Shown here: piece after piece, positions 25,592-38,275 of the stretch
Layout of the letters: each line of letters starts with the position of its first letter
Numbering within the stretch: the stretch's first letter is position 1
NCBI GenBank assembly: GCA_964016885.1
Contig: OZ024746.1
Location: 44,516,001 to 44,580,000, forward strand
Length of the DNA: 64,000 nucleotides
Origin: Eledone cirrhosa
Taxonomy: Eukaryota
Reading direction: 5' to 3'
Program-made: the position numbers and the translations under genes
Notes under the pieces: generated by a model
Databases searched by the model: none
What the model saw: the letters and a program-made list of their open reading frames with translations, nothing else
What the model was told of the DNA's origin: nothing

Positions 25592-25593
<2 letters not shown>
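25463..25593 (+). mobile_element. Mini fold-back element (26-bp perfect arms + 78-nt tail) in (TA)n
   Basis: ataggaacaagtatgaccccgacggc-a-gccgtcggggtcatacttgttcctat. The tail is shared with the 31084 and 43021 copies. Confidence 0.85.
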
Positions 25594-25641
<48 letters not shown>

Positions 25642-25645
<4 letters not shown>

Positions 25646-26156
25646 CATGTAACTCAGTACAACCTGTGCACGGTCGGATCGTCGGTAACTAAACTGGCAA
25701 CCCCACCACGTTTGCTTGGAGAGGGTGGTAATTTTGGTCACCACCCTGAGGGATGAAAACCAAAACCTGTCAAAGGACGGAGGAACTCAGGAGAGTCAAT
25801 GGCCATCCAGTGGAGTATTTTGTTTTTGTGGAGCGGTAGACTTCTAGTCTTCATTAAGACAGATATCTAGGAGAAGGTTATTCTAACATAAAACCTGCAA
25901 CTTCGCTTGGATCCAATGATGTAGACCAGTTCTACTTTTTGGGTAAATAAATTCAATGTTCAGATAGTGGGACTGGCTCCATGCGAATCCTTTCTTCACT
26001 TAAAAAAGCTTGAAGCACAGGTATCGCTTGTTATGTGACATCACTTTGTAATTTATTACATGGCTAGCCATAGAGAAGTTCCTAGCAAGACTAAAAAGCC
26101 ACAAACGTGAACTTATGTATCAAGCGATAGCATTACTCAAAATCGAGTTGCAACCA

Positions 26157-26160
<4 letters not shown>
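25642..26160 (+). mobile_element. Non-autonomous RTE-derived element (leader + 3' tip)
   Basis: Homologous to the minus strand of 43312-43925 (actaaactggcaacc, aaaacctgtcaaagg). Ends tactcaaaatcgagttgcaaccat before a microsatellite. Confidence 0.6.
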
Positions 26161-26195
<35 letters not shown>

Positions 26196-26880
26196 CAATG
26201 AGTTATTTATAATCTATAGAAAATATTATAGTCTCTATATCTTACCCAGTTATACTTTATATGTTTTCGTCGTGTTTAGTGAGATTTTTGTGATGTTTTT
26301 AATGATGTTTTTAATGTTTGTTGAACTTTCTTCTAATAGACTCTGTAGGCATTGTAAATCCATACATACAAATACGTAATATCATCAAATTTATGCATAG
26401 GTATAAGTAATGTTATTAAAATATATACATAACATTTTTATCTTAGAACATATAAAATATATGATACTCTAAAATCATATATAAAATAATTTTTTCCATA
26501 TACTAAATTTTAGACTAAACGATAAATATAACTTAACTCTGTAAAGTAAGAAAAATTAGAGTTATCTTTTCCTTTGAAAAGAAACATGTTTACACCTAAT
26601 ATATACGTAACAGTTAAACTTTACATAAATATTAAAATTTCGTAAATTTATTTCTATCTTGATGCAACTATTGAATATACAAAATAGTATACATCTTCTA
26701 TACTAAACTAGAACTGCTTCCATATTCTTAAGCCATATATTGAACATGTAAACATATCTTCGCCCAACATATCGTAACTCCTCTTATATAAAAAATATCT
26801 AAATTATTTATCGATTAAATAAATAACATATATACTCACCAAAAATATTTATATATATATAACTAACCTGTTATAATTAC

Positions 26881-26976
26881 ATTGTTTCTATTTTAGGCAC
26901 AAGGCCAGCAATTACTCAGTACATTACTGGTACTTTATTTTATCGACCCCATAAGGATGAAAGGCAAAGTTAACCT
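26881..26976 (-). mobile_element. SINE 3' fragment
   Basis: ggcacaaggcc...ctggtactttattttatcgacccc..aaggatgaaaggcaaagt resembles an abundant octopus SINE as I recall it, not checked. A partial second copy is at 1465-1515. Confidence 0.55.
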
Positions 26977-27677
26977 ATAAAATATACTTATAACTGCAAT
27001 CTTCATAAAATATACTTATAACTACAATCTTCATAATATTAAAACACACCTACAGAATAGGCCAAATCGTATATATAAATACAAAATATATCTCACATTT
27101 AAAATTTATATTCTCTCACTTTAACACATTTATTTATAATTCACACGTTATATTATAAATACTTCCAAAATGTATAATTAAATAATAAAATAAATAAAAA
27201 TAAATATAATTATTTCATTCTCTCTACACCCTCACAAATATGTTCCGGACAATTATATACGTACATTCGTATAAATAGTCTGTTAATAACTTTAATATAC
27301 TTTTTCCTAAAATCTTCCCTTAAATTTTCTTCCACCCTAATAATAACCTCTATTTCCTTTTCTGATATAAAAAAAATAATCCTAATAATTATTTAAATTT
27401 ACCTAGCGTCTAAACATAACGATCTTTTTCAATTTTAACGTTATCCTCATTAGCATATTCATCTTGTGATTTGAAATTCTCTTCACTATTCAAATAGAAC
27501 TCACAACATTAAGTTCTAGTCTGAATATGTCACTATTTGTAAACCAACTTTTGTATTTTATTTGATGAGAGCGTACCAAAATTTGGTACCCTTGAAATAT
27601 ATAGAATAAAATAAATATGGTTTTATAAAGATAGCTTCCATTTATTAATATTATTGAAATATATATATATATATACA

Positions 27678-27680
<3 letters not shown>

Positions 27681-27763
<83 letters not shown>

Positions 27764-27797
27764 TGTGTGTGTGCGTGTGTGTGTGCGTGTGTGTGTA
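27681..27797. repeat. (GT)n microsatellite
   Basis: Seen directly in the sequence. Confidence 0.95.
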
Positions 27798-27824
27798 TAG
27801 GATTAGAATATCTTGTTCCTGTTA

Positions 27825-28800
27825 AAGTCTTTGGATTAACTGTTAGCCTCGATAAAACTAGAGTAGTGTTTTCAACCTGTTCCACAATCTCCTTATATAA
27901 AACTTAAATGGACAAAGCAAAGCCGTCTATAGGTTTCCATATCTGGGACGTATAATTAATCAGTACCACACATTACATGAGGATATATCCCCCTGTATAA
28001 AAATAGCAACTTGACCTTTAGATCACATCCTTCGAGCAGGAAGGGAACTACAAAAGTGGAAACAATTGCAGTATACAATGGATCGGTCCTGTATTTTCAC
28101 TTATATTCATGTACGAGCTTGGTTTTCTATTCCAGACACAAAAAAATAAAAACTCGAAAAAGCTCACCATCGTTGCGAGCGTAACAATCTCGAGGTTCAC
28201 TGGAGTACATCCATAGCAGACACTGAAATATAACAAAATGTATGAGCATTCGCCCTTGGGGTCACATCCTCAAGCAACGACTCCGATTGCTAGGCCACAT
28301 TGTTAAATCTAATAACAGCAGAATCCTAAATCAAGTCCTTTATGGCGAATTGTTAACTGGTTCAACACTAAACGAAACTGCACCTCAAAGATTGTGCGAA
28401 AGATTCCTTAAGAACAAAATTGATCCATCTCGTTGGGAGGTCATGGCCTTATATAGGAACAGTGATAGCGCCACCATATAAAAGACATTTTCAGGAATCT
28501 GCACCGAAATGGACTAGCATTAAACGTGCAGCTAAGGAAGCCCAACATATGGAGATCTTTGTACCTCAGTTGTTGTGCAATGTATGTGGTCAAATATGTT
28601 TGTCAAAAGCTGGCGTTACCTGTCACGTAAGCATATAGAAATGTCATAGGTCAAATACGACCAATTCCTTGTGTCAAACCTGACGTGATTTACATATGCC
28701 AGTGAACCTTTTTATGTTTGTACTAACAACGCATTGAAAAGTATATAATCGTGGTCCGGATCAGAGTGATGGAAGGAGAGAATTCCAATGCATTTCATGC
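27825..28800 (+). mobile_element. Decayed RTE-clade 3' fragment
   Basis: FGLTVSLDKT, RLRLLGHIVK..SRILNQVLYGEL and LCNVCGQICLSKAG align with the 58290-59495 protein. Confidence 0.75.
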
Positions 28801-28822
28801 AACGAAACATGTCAGTCCTTAA

Positions 28823-28824
<2 letters not shown>

Positions 28825-28906
<82 letters not shown>

Positions 28907-28960
28907 CTCTCTCTCTCTCACTCTCTCTCTCTCACTCTCTCCTCTCACTCTCTCTCTCTC

Positions 28961-29033
<73 letters not shown>

Positions 29034-29035
29034 GT
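28825..29035. repeat. Compound (CT)n/(TA)n/(TG)n microsatellite
   Basis: Seen directly in the sequence. Confidence 0.95.
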
Positions 29036-29199
29036 ATTAAAGTATGTATGTATATGTATAAGAATTCTTCGGCGGGTTATTTTAAATAAAATTCATATTG
29101 CATGTTTTGGTAGATTAAATGAAAATGCGTATTTGTTTTAAGTGGTTATCAAAATAGAACTTTGAATATTTACACTGTTTCTCAAGGTATTATTTTCAA

Positions 29200-30700
29200 T
29201 GACGAGGAAGATAGCTTTGGAATTATTTAATGAGACTATATTGAATGTCATGACGATAATCCTCATCTAAACACATTAGGTGAAATGATTTTATCAATGA
29301 TTTTATGCATAGATGCTGACGAAGAGCTTACCAATTCAAATATCGTTGAGTGGTAGCTTAATATTTTCCTAGCTAAATTCGATAAACAATGACATAAAAA
29401 ATGTATAGACACATGTTATTTTAATGGTTATCAAATGCACAAGCATAGAACAAATTCAAATAAATGTACAAGACAAGTCTTTTCAAAGGGGAAATCTCAA
29501 AATGCAAATCGTTGTAGGATAAAAGTCGCATTCCGATTCATTCTATTTGAAAGAAAAAAAGATATTTTCCGGTGATTCGAAATAACATTTTTATAAATAG
29601 TGAAACAAAAAACAAAACCAAGATTCAAAATTGATTTGAAAATTCTGAAACTGTTTATTATAATCCTATTTCACACAAAGAAACTAAGATACATTCAGAA
29701 ACTCATGTTTTCCACCGGTTTAACACAGTTATGCTAAAACATTTTCATGTGAAATTTTATTGAATATTCTACAAATGTCAAAAATACACAAGACCTATAC
29801 TATTTTTAGCATTTATAAATAACTATAATGCTATGATTTCTATCATGCTTTAATCTAAGGAGAATATAATCACAGTACCTCAAGACATTGAGAAATTTAC
29901 CAATTATAGATTACAACTTGTAGATTCTTCTAACTAACAAATGATACCTTTAACGTTTATCAAACCGATAGAATTCTATTCATCACTGCTGAAACTTTAC
30001 AGATTATTTCACTAGAGGATTGAGAAGCAAATTTAACTATTGAAAATTGAATCTTATTCGGTAAGTCAATGTATCATCCCTAGTATATCAAAAGTAACAT
30101 ACAACATAAATGGTGATACTTTGAGTCTCTGATTAAAACATCTTCAGGATACGAAAATACAAGGAATGCCATTGCCCCTTACTGGTACAAAGAAAATATT
30201 ATTCTTTCAGAGATATCATATTGTTCGCCGATAAGCACCTAGTGAAATTATAACTATACCATGCTGGTGCGTATCAGCAGAAATATCGGTGGTATCAATG
30301 GATAGAGTCACTGACATGGTGATGAATCGCTAATTACATGGTAAGACCAAACTAGAATGTGCATACAACTTGTTTGAACATAATTCTTCAAATTTCATCA
30401 TACCCACAAAATGATGAGAAAGCACATGAATAACTTCCTTTCTTATGCGAGGGCATAAGAGGGATTGTGCTAGAGATTAGTTGGATTATAAGAAAGTCTT
30501 CGTATCAGTTCCCCGTTCAAGGAAGTGCGACGCTTTAAGACATGCATAGTTCCAAAGATTTTAGATAATTTGGTATTGTCATTATCTACTCCCCCGAGGT
30601 TAAATACGGGAAGCGATTTAATGATCACTGACTGGATAAAGCATTACAGGCGTATACTCGTATTTCAATGAGGATGTCATGGTATGGTGAAGACATCTGA
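29200..30700 (+). mobile_element. Highly decayed piggyBac-like transposase relic
   Basis: Scattered motifs in the expected order: YYNP (~29655), TDYFTR for DNxFTS (~30000), NIGGI for MGGVD (~30280). Many stops. Confidence 0.4.
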
Positions 30701-30794
30701 AGGGTACGTAACAGGTTCACAGAAAGACAGATGCACCAACCTGACACATAAATTCATATTACACACACACACACACAAACACACACATATATAT

Positions 30795-30843
<49 letters not shown>

Positions 30844-30850
<7 letters not shown>

Positions 30851-30862
30851 TCATCATATTAT

Positions 30863-30948
<86 letters not shown>

Positions 30949-31071
30949 ATAATATGATGATCTCATACGAATGTAGAAATAATGTCTGTATATAAATATG
31001 CCTAAACTCTACCATTGTATTTAGTGCCATTTTTAACATTGGTTACTCCCAGACACAACTCGGGAATCTAC
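30844..31071 (+). mobile_element. Fold-back element centred on an (AT)n array, with ~105-nt tail
   Basis: tatgagatcatcatattatcttt-(AT)n-aaagataatatgatgatctcata. The tail ends in a hairpin plus atctac before TA repeats. Confidence 0.65.
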
Positions 31072-31083
31072 ATATAATATATT

Positions 31084-31291
31084 TAGAAAAAGAGTCAGGA
31101 CCTCGACGGCTGAGCTCCGGTCGTTTCGACAGCTAGATCTGAACTGGTTCAGATCTAGTTGTTGAAAGGGCCGGAGCTCACAATCGGGTCATGACTCTTT
31201 TCCTATTATCCACTCTACTACTCTAAGTATCGAGTACTCTGGTGCGTTATGGTCCACATGGTTACTTACCACACTTCCTTCGTTCGGATAA
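31084..31291 (+). mobile_element. Mini fold-back element (~60-bp arms + tail), diverged copy of the 25463/43021 family
   Basis: Arms centred on agatctgaac-tg-gttcagatct. Shared tail ...gagtactctggtgcgttatggtcc...ttccttcgtt, then (TA)n. Confidence 0.8.
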
Positions 31292-31361
31292 TATATATAT
31301 ATATATAAACATGTGTGTGTATGTGTGTGTGTATAAATGGTACAAGCCGGAGCATTATATA

Positions 31362-31704
31362 CAGTGAATTTCGCTTATCAAGGACGGTCAAAACCAAACA
31401 GTTAGAAAAAGATCCGGTTAAGTGAAATATCCGGATAAGTGAATTCTAAAATCCCATTGTTACATAATGCTCGTGGTTTTTAATGTTTTGGCTAAGTATA
31501 GAAAGTTTATTAGAATAACAAAAGAACAGCTAGAATTTATAAGAAAATTAATTAAACAAACATAAGAATAACTAAAAACTTAGTAAAACTAAATTGAGTC
31601 AAACCATAAAAAGTTTTAAAAAAATGAATAAATAGTAGTATAGAAATAGCCGTCGGTAAATCGAATTTCGGAAAAGCGATATCCGGATAAGCGAAGATAC
31701 ACTG
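31362..31704. mobile_element. pogo/Tigger-like MITE
   Basis: TIRs cagtgaatttcgcttatc / gataagcgaagatacactg, TA on the left, internal repeats ccgg(a/t)taag(t/c)gaa. Confidence 0.7.
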
Positions 31705-32419
31705 TGTTATGAAAAGATCGGAGACCATAATTAGTTGGTTCCCGTTTATTTAAAATCCGTTATACATATTTCACTCAGGGGGACTATCAATTATGATATA
31801 CTGAGGACTTCAGACTCAAAAATCTATAAAAAACATGAAAAGATTGAAACTTTCTAAAAAGAAATCTGTAAATCCAAAAAAATCCAAAACTTTCTCGTCT
31901 TGATACAGGGGATGGGTGTTTATGTATTTTCTGCGGTAGCCCTTGTATATATAGAATTGTGACCCTGCTGAACGCAACCATCAATATTACTGACCATAGC
32001 CCATTTCCTCAATCATTATTTGACAAGTCGCTAAATTACATGACAATTGCTTATTTAAACAACTGCCTGTCATAGAGGTGACTATATAGAGTAACACAAC
32101 TTTTACGCAAACCGATTCCGCATGATCCTTCTGGGAAACAATTAGCTGACAAGCAAACTGTGGAACACTGTATTCACCTAAGTTCCATATATATCTATAT
32201 ATCGGAGATAGATAGATAGAGAGAGAGAGAGCGATATAGGGGGGGGGGAGAAGGTGAGAGAGGGTGTGTTTGTGATAGAGAAAAAATAATAACAAATAGA
32301 TTTTAAAATACTCACACAGAGAAAAATAAACTTGCCAGTAGAAGCAATATTCGCAATGGCAATTGTCTTATCTAATATCCAGTAAGCGGTATGAAGCGCA
32401 GTATTTATGAATAAAACTA

Positions 32420-33000
32420 ACTTAATAAGCTTTTCATACATTCCATCGTTTAAATAACTTTTTATGCTTCTTGCAGCTACTATACGTGAAAACCGTGTGA
32501 CGTCAACAGACATACGGTTCCACTAGGAATGTAGGCAGTCTGGAAAGTAATCGAGTACTACAGAAAGCACCAACCGATTTGTTTTTCGTTATCAAATATA
32601 ACAGAATACTCAATTTTACGATCTAATAGACATATCTCGTAGAAAACTCTGTGTCACAGACTTAGCTCACTGACTTTGCTCTTTTATTCGATCATGTTTT
32701 TGAGACATTATACAATAGTTGACATACTAAATTATCATATTGAATATTTTCTCTTAAAAGATCAGAGAAAATAACACAATCACTAGAATACTTGACTGAA
32801 GGACTTACATTATTTATTTGTAGACCTCTATGTATTGTGCCACATTCCCATCGGAATTAACTTTTCATTTCATCCCTCTCAAATCAATACAATAAGTATG
32901 TAGTATACTGCTATTATTTCAATAGACTATTCTCAACCCTGGAAATGTTTTCCTTGTAGCAAAGCAAGAAATCAATATTTTCTGCTAATATATTATTGGT
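32420..33000 (-). mobile_element. Possible decayed Helitron Pif1-helicase C-terminal relic
   Basis: Minus-strand ITKNKSVG (cf. MTINKSQG), FLVEP and FSRIVAARSIK (cf. LSRV) in the correct order but different frames. Confidence 0.3.
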
Positions 33001-34131
33001 GGAAATAACACTTGGGTAGTAAATGATATGATATAAAAATTGTGAATTGTTAAACAGGTATCTAGAGAAATAAATTATAGCAAAACAATTTGACAATTAT
33101 CTAATGTAAGAGATAACCATGAACTTTGATAAGACAATATCTTATACCATCTTGAAAAGAAACAATACATTGAAAAGAAATACTTTACTTAGTTATAAAA
33201 TGTCAATAAATACACTTTCGTACTGTATATCTAATTTAAAATAACCTTGGTTTGTTACAGCATTCCAATAAATTAATTAAGATGGATACTTCTGTGACTG
33301 TCGAATAAAAAAAATAACTTCTTTTTACATTTATCGAAAGTGTAATCTTTATGAACATGTCGATAGGATACAGCAATACTACAAAAGTAGTAAGAATGAT
33401 TAACAGAATATATCAATCCAACATAACCTATTTTCTAGAAAATGAGATAAAGATACACACAAATCAGAAGAGTTGTGGTCAAAACTCAGAATACATAGGA
33501 TTAGAAACAGAAAATGTATCTAAGACTAATGCAAAATCTAGTGTTTCAGGTGGCACACTTCATTGTGAATGAAATGCATGTAATGTTCTGTATCATATTG
33601 TATGAATGAATCCATATTGTAATGATAGTAGTGAGTCGAAGATCACAGAGCAGGCGAACCTGAAGAAATAGAAAGAAGAAGATAAAGAAAAGGGAAGTAT
33701 ATAAGGTGGAAGTAGGAGAAGTATCATAATGTGGGGTTCATGGCGTGTTAAAGTCATAGATAGGTAGAAAGAAATGAATAGCAGACACAGAGTGTGTAGC
33801 CTGACGGTAGCAGGGATACATAAAGAATAATCCAGGTTGATCTAATGAAATTAATTATCCAACCAGGTACATATACATTTGTAGCATAGTTGCAACTGCG
33901 GTTAAATATATCACCCAATTCTCGCACTGATCTGCCTGTGAACGAAAACGTCAACAAAGATAAAGACTTATTTACCTATTACATAGAGTATGAACGGTAA
34001 TATGCGTCAAGGCTAGACAGGGCTAACCACACCACCAATAGCAATGAAGTAAGAAACCGTGATGTGAAGTATAAAAAGAAGTGTTAAAAACAGTGAATAC
34101 GTACAGATTGTACCTACGCACACACACACAC

Positions 34132-34212
<81 letters not shown>

Positions 34213-34215
<3 letters not shown>

Positions 34216-34360
34216 TAAAATAACAGATTAAAGTTTAAACAAAGAATCTTTGCTTAAACTTGAATCTGTTATTTTAATAAATATTTGCTCTACAGTTTTA
34301 TATATTTTATAAATATTTAATCCTTATCGAGCTCTCTTCGGACTTTAGTATTCACATTTA

Positions 34361-34370
<10 letters not shown>
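34213..34370 (+). mobile_element. Mini fold-back element (33-bp arms, 1-nt loop, ~90-nt tail) in (TA)n
   Basis: 34213-34245 is the reverse complement of 34247-34279 with 2 mismatches. The tail contains atcgagctct, and there are TA repeats on both sides. Confidence 0.7.
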
Positions 34371-34431
<61 letters not shown>

Positions 34432-34539
34432 ATGCACTAAGCAGTCGAATTATTCAATCAATATATATCTGTAATTATACAGGACACGTTTTAACTGAGG
34501 TTATGTAAATGTGTTACATAAATGTGCTATATAAATGTG

Positions 34540-34578
<39 letters not shown>

Positions 34579-35135
34579 TTCAGTATAGAGACATATAGAA
34601 ATAACAAATGATTACATTGCCTATGAAGTAAAACGATTATGAATGTTCTTAATTATTTTCTGTACTCTCATTTGGGTCTCATCCGAAAATCTACTCATCA
34701 AACAATCCCGATGAAATACGTAATTGAAGGCCTTACAAACCAGAGTATCACAGAACTAAACGTACGAATTTTATATGTTAAAAGCGCTTACGTAGGTAAT
34801 ATATTCTATTGTGCGGGTACTGTTAAATGTTACATTTTAGAGAGATTGCCCAAACACTTTAATGTTATTCGACTCTAATTAACTGGTCTGTTTCTAAAGC
34901 ACCTAATTTTATTATGACTCTACTAATATTTATTCTATTCATAATTTAATAATTATATTTGACAATGATTTAGTCAATAAGATAGTTTTGTAAGTTGTTG
35001 AATATTATGAAGTCACAAATTATTAACTTTTGTCTTATATATATATTACTCTAAAACTGGCAAAATAATTCAATTTATATATTGCAGTCTTTCCTCTTCC
35101 CCACACCTACGTTACACATACATGTCTATCTATCT

Positions 35136-38100
35136 CCCGATAGAGCGGCCGATTTGACCTGGCCGATAGATATCGACTAGATTTTCCGACTGTGCCACTG
35201 TGGACGTGGACTAAATTAGCGAAACATCTACATCGTACCTAGATAGGGTTCTAGTTAGAAAGAAGGATAACATAATCTGTCCACAAATGTTCGTGGTTGC
35301 CTATTCATATCACAAATTAGTGACCTGCTTAGTCAACCTTGACAAAACCCATAGACAGGGACCCGGCTACTGGAAGCTGAACTTGTCGTTACCGACATAC
35401 AAAGCCTACAGTAGACGGATTAGCACTTTAGTTAAGCAGCACTTGACGAGGGCCATTGTCAACAACAGATGGTGGTACTCTCTCAAGAGGGCAGTTAGAG
35501 TAGACTCGATAGGTTTTAGTAAAGAATTAGTGTTAGATAGAAATAAGACCGAAAAGGAACTGGTAGATAAAGTAGAAGTGGCACTTAGGAGTGACAACGT
35601 AGCCAGCGTGCTAGCGACGAGAACGGCCATGGACCAGTTCTTCGACACAAAGAATGAAGGCTGAGTTGTCAGAAGCAAAATACGTGCTCTGGGAAACGAG
35701 GGAGCCAAAGCTATTAGCTGGACCCGAGTGACGGATGCGAAAAGTGGCAACAAGTCCACGATTCGTTCTTTGAAGGACCAAGACCGACGCGTGATACGTG
35801 AGCCGAAGCAGATGTGCGCGGCCTTTCAGCGGCACTTTGCTTAACTGTTCGGGCAGGGCGGCGCACCGGGAGGGGCTATGGATTTCGGTCCATACCTCGA
35901 CGGCCTACAGCGACTCTCGGACACCGAGGCGAAGCTCTGCGAAAGGCCGATTTAGGCCGCTGAGATAGGGGACGGGCTGAGCCAATGCGGCAAACGCAAA
36001 TCTCCAGGTCTCGACGGTCTACCCTACGAATTTTATGTAGCAATGCCGGACTTATTCTCCGGTCTCCTGGAAGCGGTCTACTGCAACTGGCAGCAGAACG
36101 TGAGAATTTCCAGTTATGTGACCAAGGGCGTAATCACGTTAGTCAGGAAGGACGAGAACAAGGGGGATGGCATAAGCAACTTCCGGCCCATAACTTTGCT
36201 CAACACAGAGTTACAGATTTTGGCCAAGGTGTTGGCAAAGAGGCTGGCACTTGTCGTCGAAAACCTGGTGGGAGAAGCGCAGACATGCGCAATCTCGACC
36301 AAGTCCATACACGACAACCTCCACCTCATGCGATACATCATAGAGAGGGTAGGGTGTAAACCCGTCTTCGGTGGGGCCCTGATCAACGTGGATCAGTCTA
36401 AGGCTTTCGATAGGGTTGACCATCGTTACCTGGATGCAATGCTCGAGGCGGCAGGCTTCGGACCCGTTTTCAGAGGCTGGATTGCTGCAATGCACAGCAG
36501 CAACACCTGCTCGAGGGTCAAGGTTAACGGCTACCTCTCGGAGCCGTTCCAAATCGCGCGATCCATGCGACAGGGATGACCTCTCTCCTCCCTTCTGCAT
36601 GTGCTGGCTCTCGACCCACTACTGCGGAAGTTGGAGCTGCTGCAGGGAAACTCCTTGGAACCGGGATTGAGGAAAGCGGTGTCGGCCTACGCCGTGACGT
36701 GACAGTAATGGTGTCGTGCGCCTCGGAAATCGGGCAGATCGGCACCTTACTGGAGGAATACGAAAGGTTTACAGTAGCCAAGCTGAACCGGGACAAGTCC
36801 ATCGGTTTGCAACTCGGAACGTGGAGGGGCAAAACGATGCCTTCCGACGGCGTCGTCGGAGGCTGGACGGAGGGACCGGTGAAGCTGCTCGGGGTCTGGT
36901 TCGGACCGGACCTCCAGGTGGAGAAAAATTGGGACGACGTAACGGGCAGGGTGTTACACTCGCCCAGAAGTAGGCCGAGTGCAAACTACCCTTGAAAGGT
37001 CGAGCGGAGGTGGCGAACACTTATATAGCGTCCGTCATCTACTACCGCTTGACCGTCATACCTTACCCAGCGAAAGCGCTCGCCAAAATGGACGGGCGCT
37101 CTTCCGATTCTTTTGGAAGAAGCGGGCTCCCTTGGTGAGAAGATCCATCTGAAGTCAACACCCTTCGAACGGAGGGCTGGGGATGCGTAGACACGCATTA
37201 AGGCTACGGCACCTCCAGGTATTCCTCACCGGTCAGCCGGTGTGGGCCCCTTTTGTGAGGCGAGCCTTTCCAAGACTCGTCTCACTCACCGAGCGGCAAT
37301 CCTGGGTCAAGCAAAGACCGAGAAAAGTGGGCGACTGGCACATTGAATGTGCCCAGGCGCTCACGGCTCTCTGGCAATCGGATCCGGCAATCAGTGGAGA
37401 CTCAACCTCAACATTCTAAGAGGGTTGGTGCGCAGCAAGTGCGACGACGCTCTCGGAGAGGCTCTGGGCATGGAGGAAGATGAGCTAGCCAGTCTGTTTG
37501 GTAGGACGTTTGGCCCGGGACCGATGAACAACTTCCAAAACTCCCTGGATTGGCAGTGCTACCGAAGAGCTCTACCCGTTCGGGACAAGCTCTACAGACA
37601 CGGGCGCCCGGGTAAGGACCCCTCGAAGAAGATCTGTCCGAGATGCGTGAGTGACGAGGAAACCGTCGCGCACGCATTCGTACACTGCCCGGGCGTTGCT
37701 GACCTGTGGGGCTATGTGGAACGACTACTGTCGCGGGTGGGACCAATCCGGTTGACCACCGAGTACATTGTCACGATCAAACCGCCTCCCCGCTTCAAAA
37801 ACGAAAGAGAGGCGGTTTTCCTCTGTGTGATAGCTATGGCGAAAGAGGTTGCATGGTGGACGAGGTTGAAAGGGCTGAGGTCAGACACCTTTCTCTCCGA
37901 CCAACAAACTGGTCCTTTTTTCAAGTACCATTTTAGAAGAAGGAACAGAATGGAGAGAGAGGTGCTCTACCCCAGTAAGTTTTATGAAAGGTGGGTGAAA
38001 GTGGCGAGAATGGACCGAGTGAATGGGCCTTCTCTCTATATCAGCCTGTAGGTGAGAGAGGAGAGGAAGGAGGAGAGGAAGGGAGCACCCGCTCTTTGTG

Positions 38101-38275
38101 CTCCTGAGGAGGAGGGTTGCACATTTTTGTCGGGGGTGTGTGCGACCCTATTGAGGACTTCGATTGTTGAATTTGATTTTTTATATGTTTTTACACGTCC
38201 CCTTGAAATGTATGTAAACTCCCCCTCTTGTATTTGTCCCAATCTTTGATGCCCTGGTGGCAAATAAATAGAAAG
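35136..38275 (+). mobile_element. 5'-truncated, decayed Tx1/L1-like element (ORF2) inserted in (TATC)n
   Basis: GPGYWKLN, FRPITLLN, DQSKAFDRV, CPRCVSDEETVAHAFVHC; homologous to 14543-17400. Ends aataaatagaaag then tatctatc repeats, with tctatctatct on the left. Confidence 0.88.

Noticed and set aside
33754-33957. Minus-strand 67-aa ORF with an acceptor-like ttttcgttcacag
   Set aside because: No recognisable protein similarity or clear donor. Mentioned only as weak support in the exon finding.
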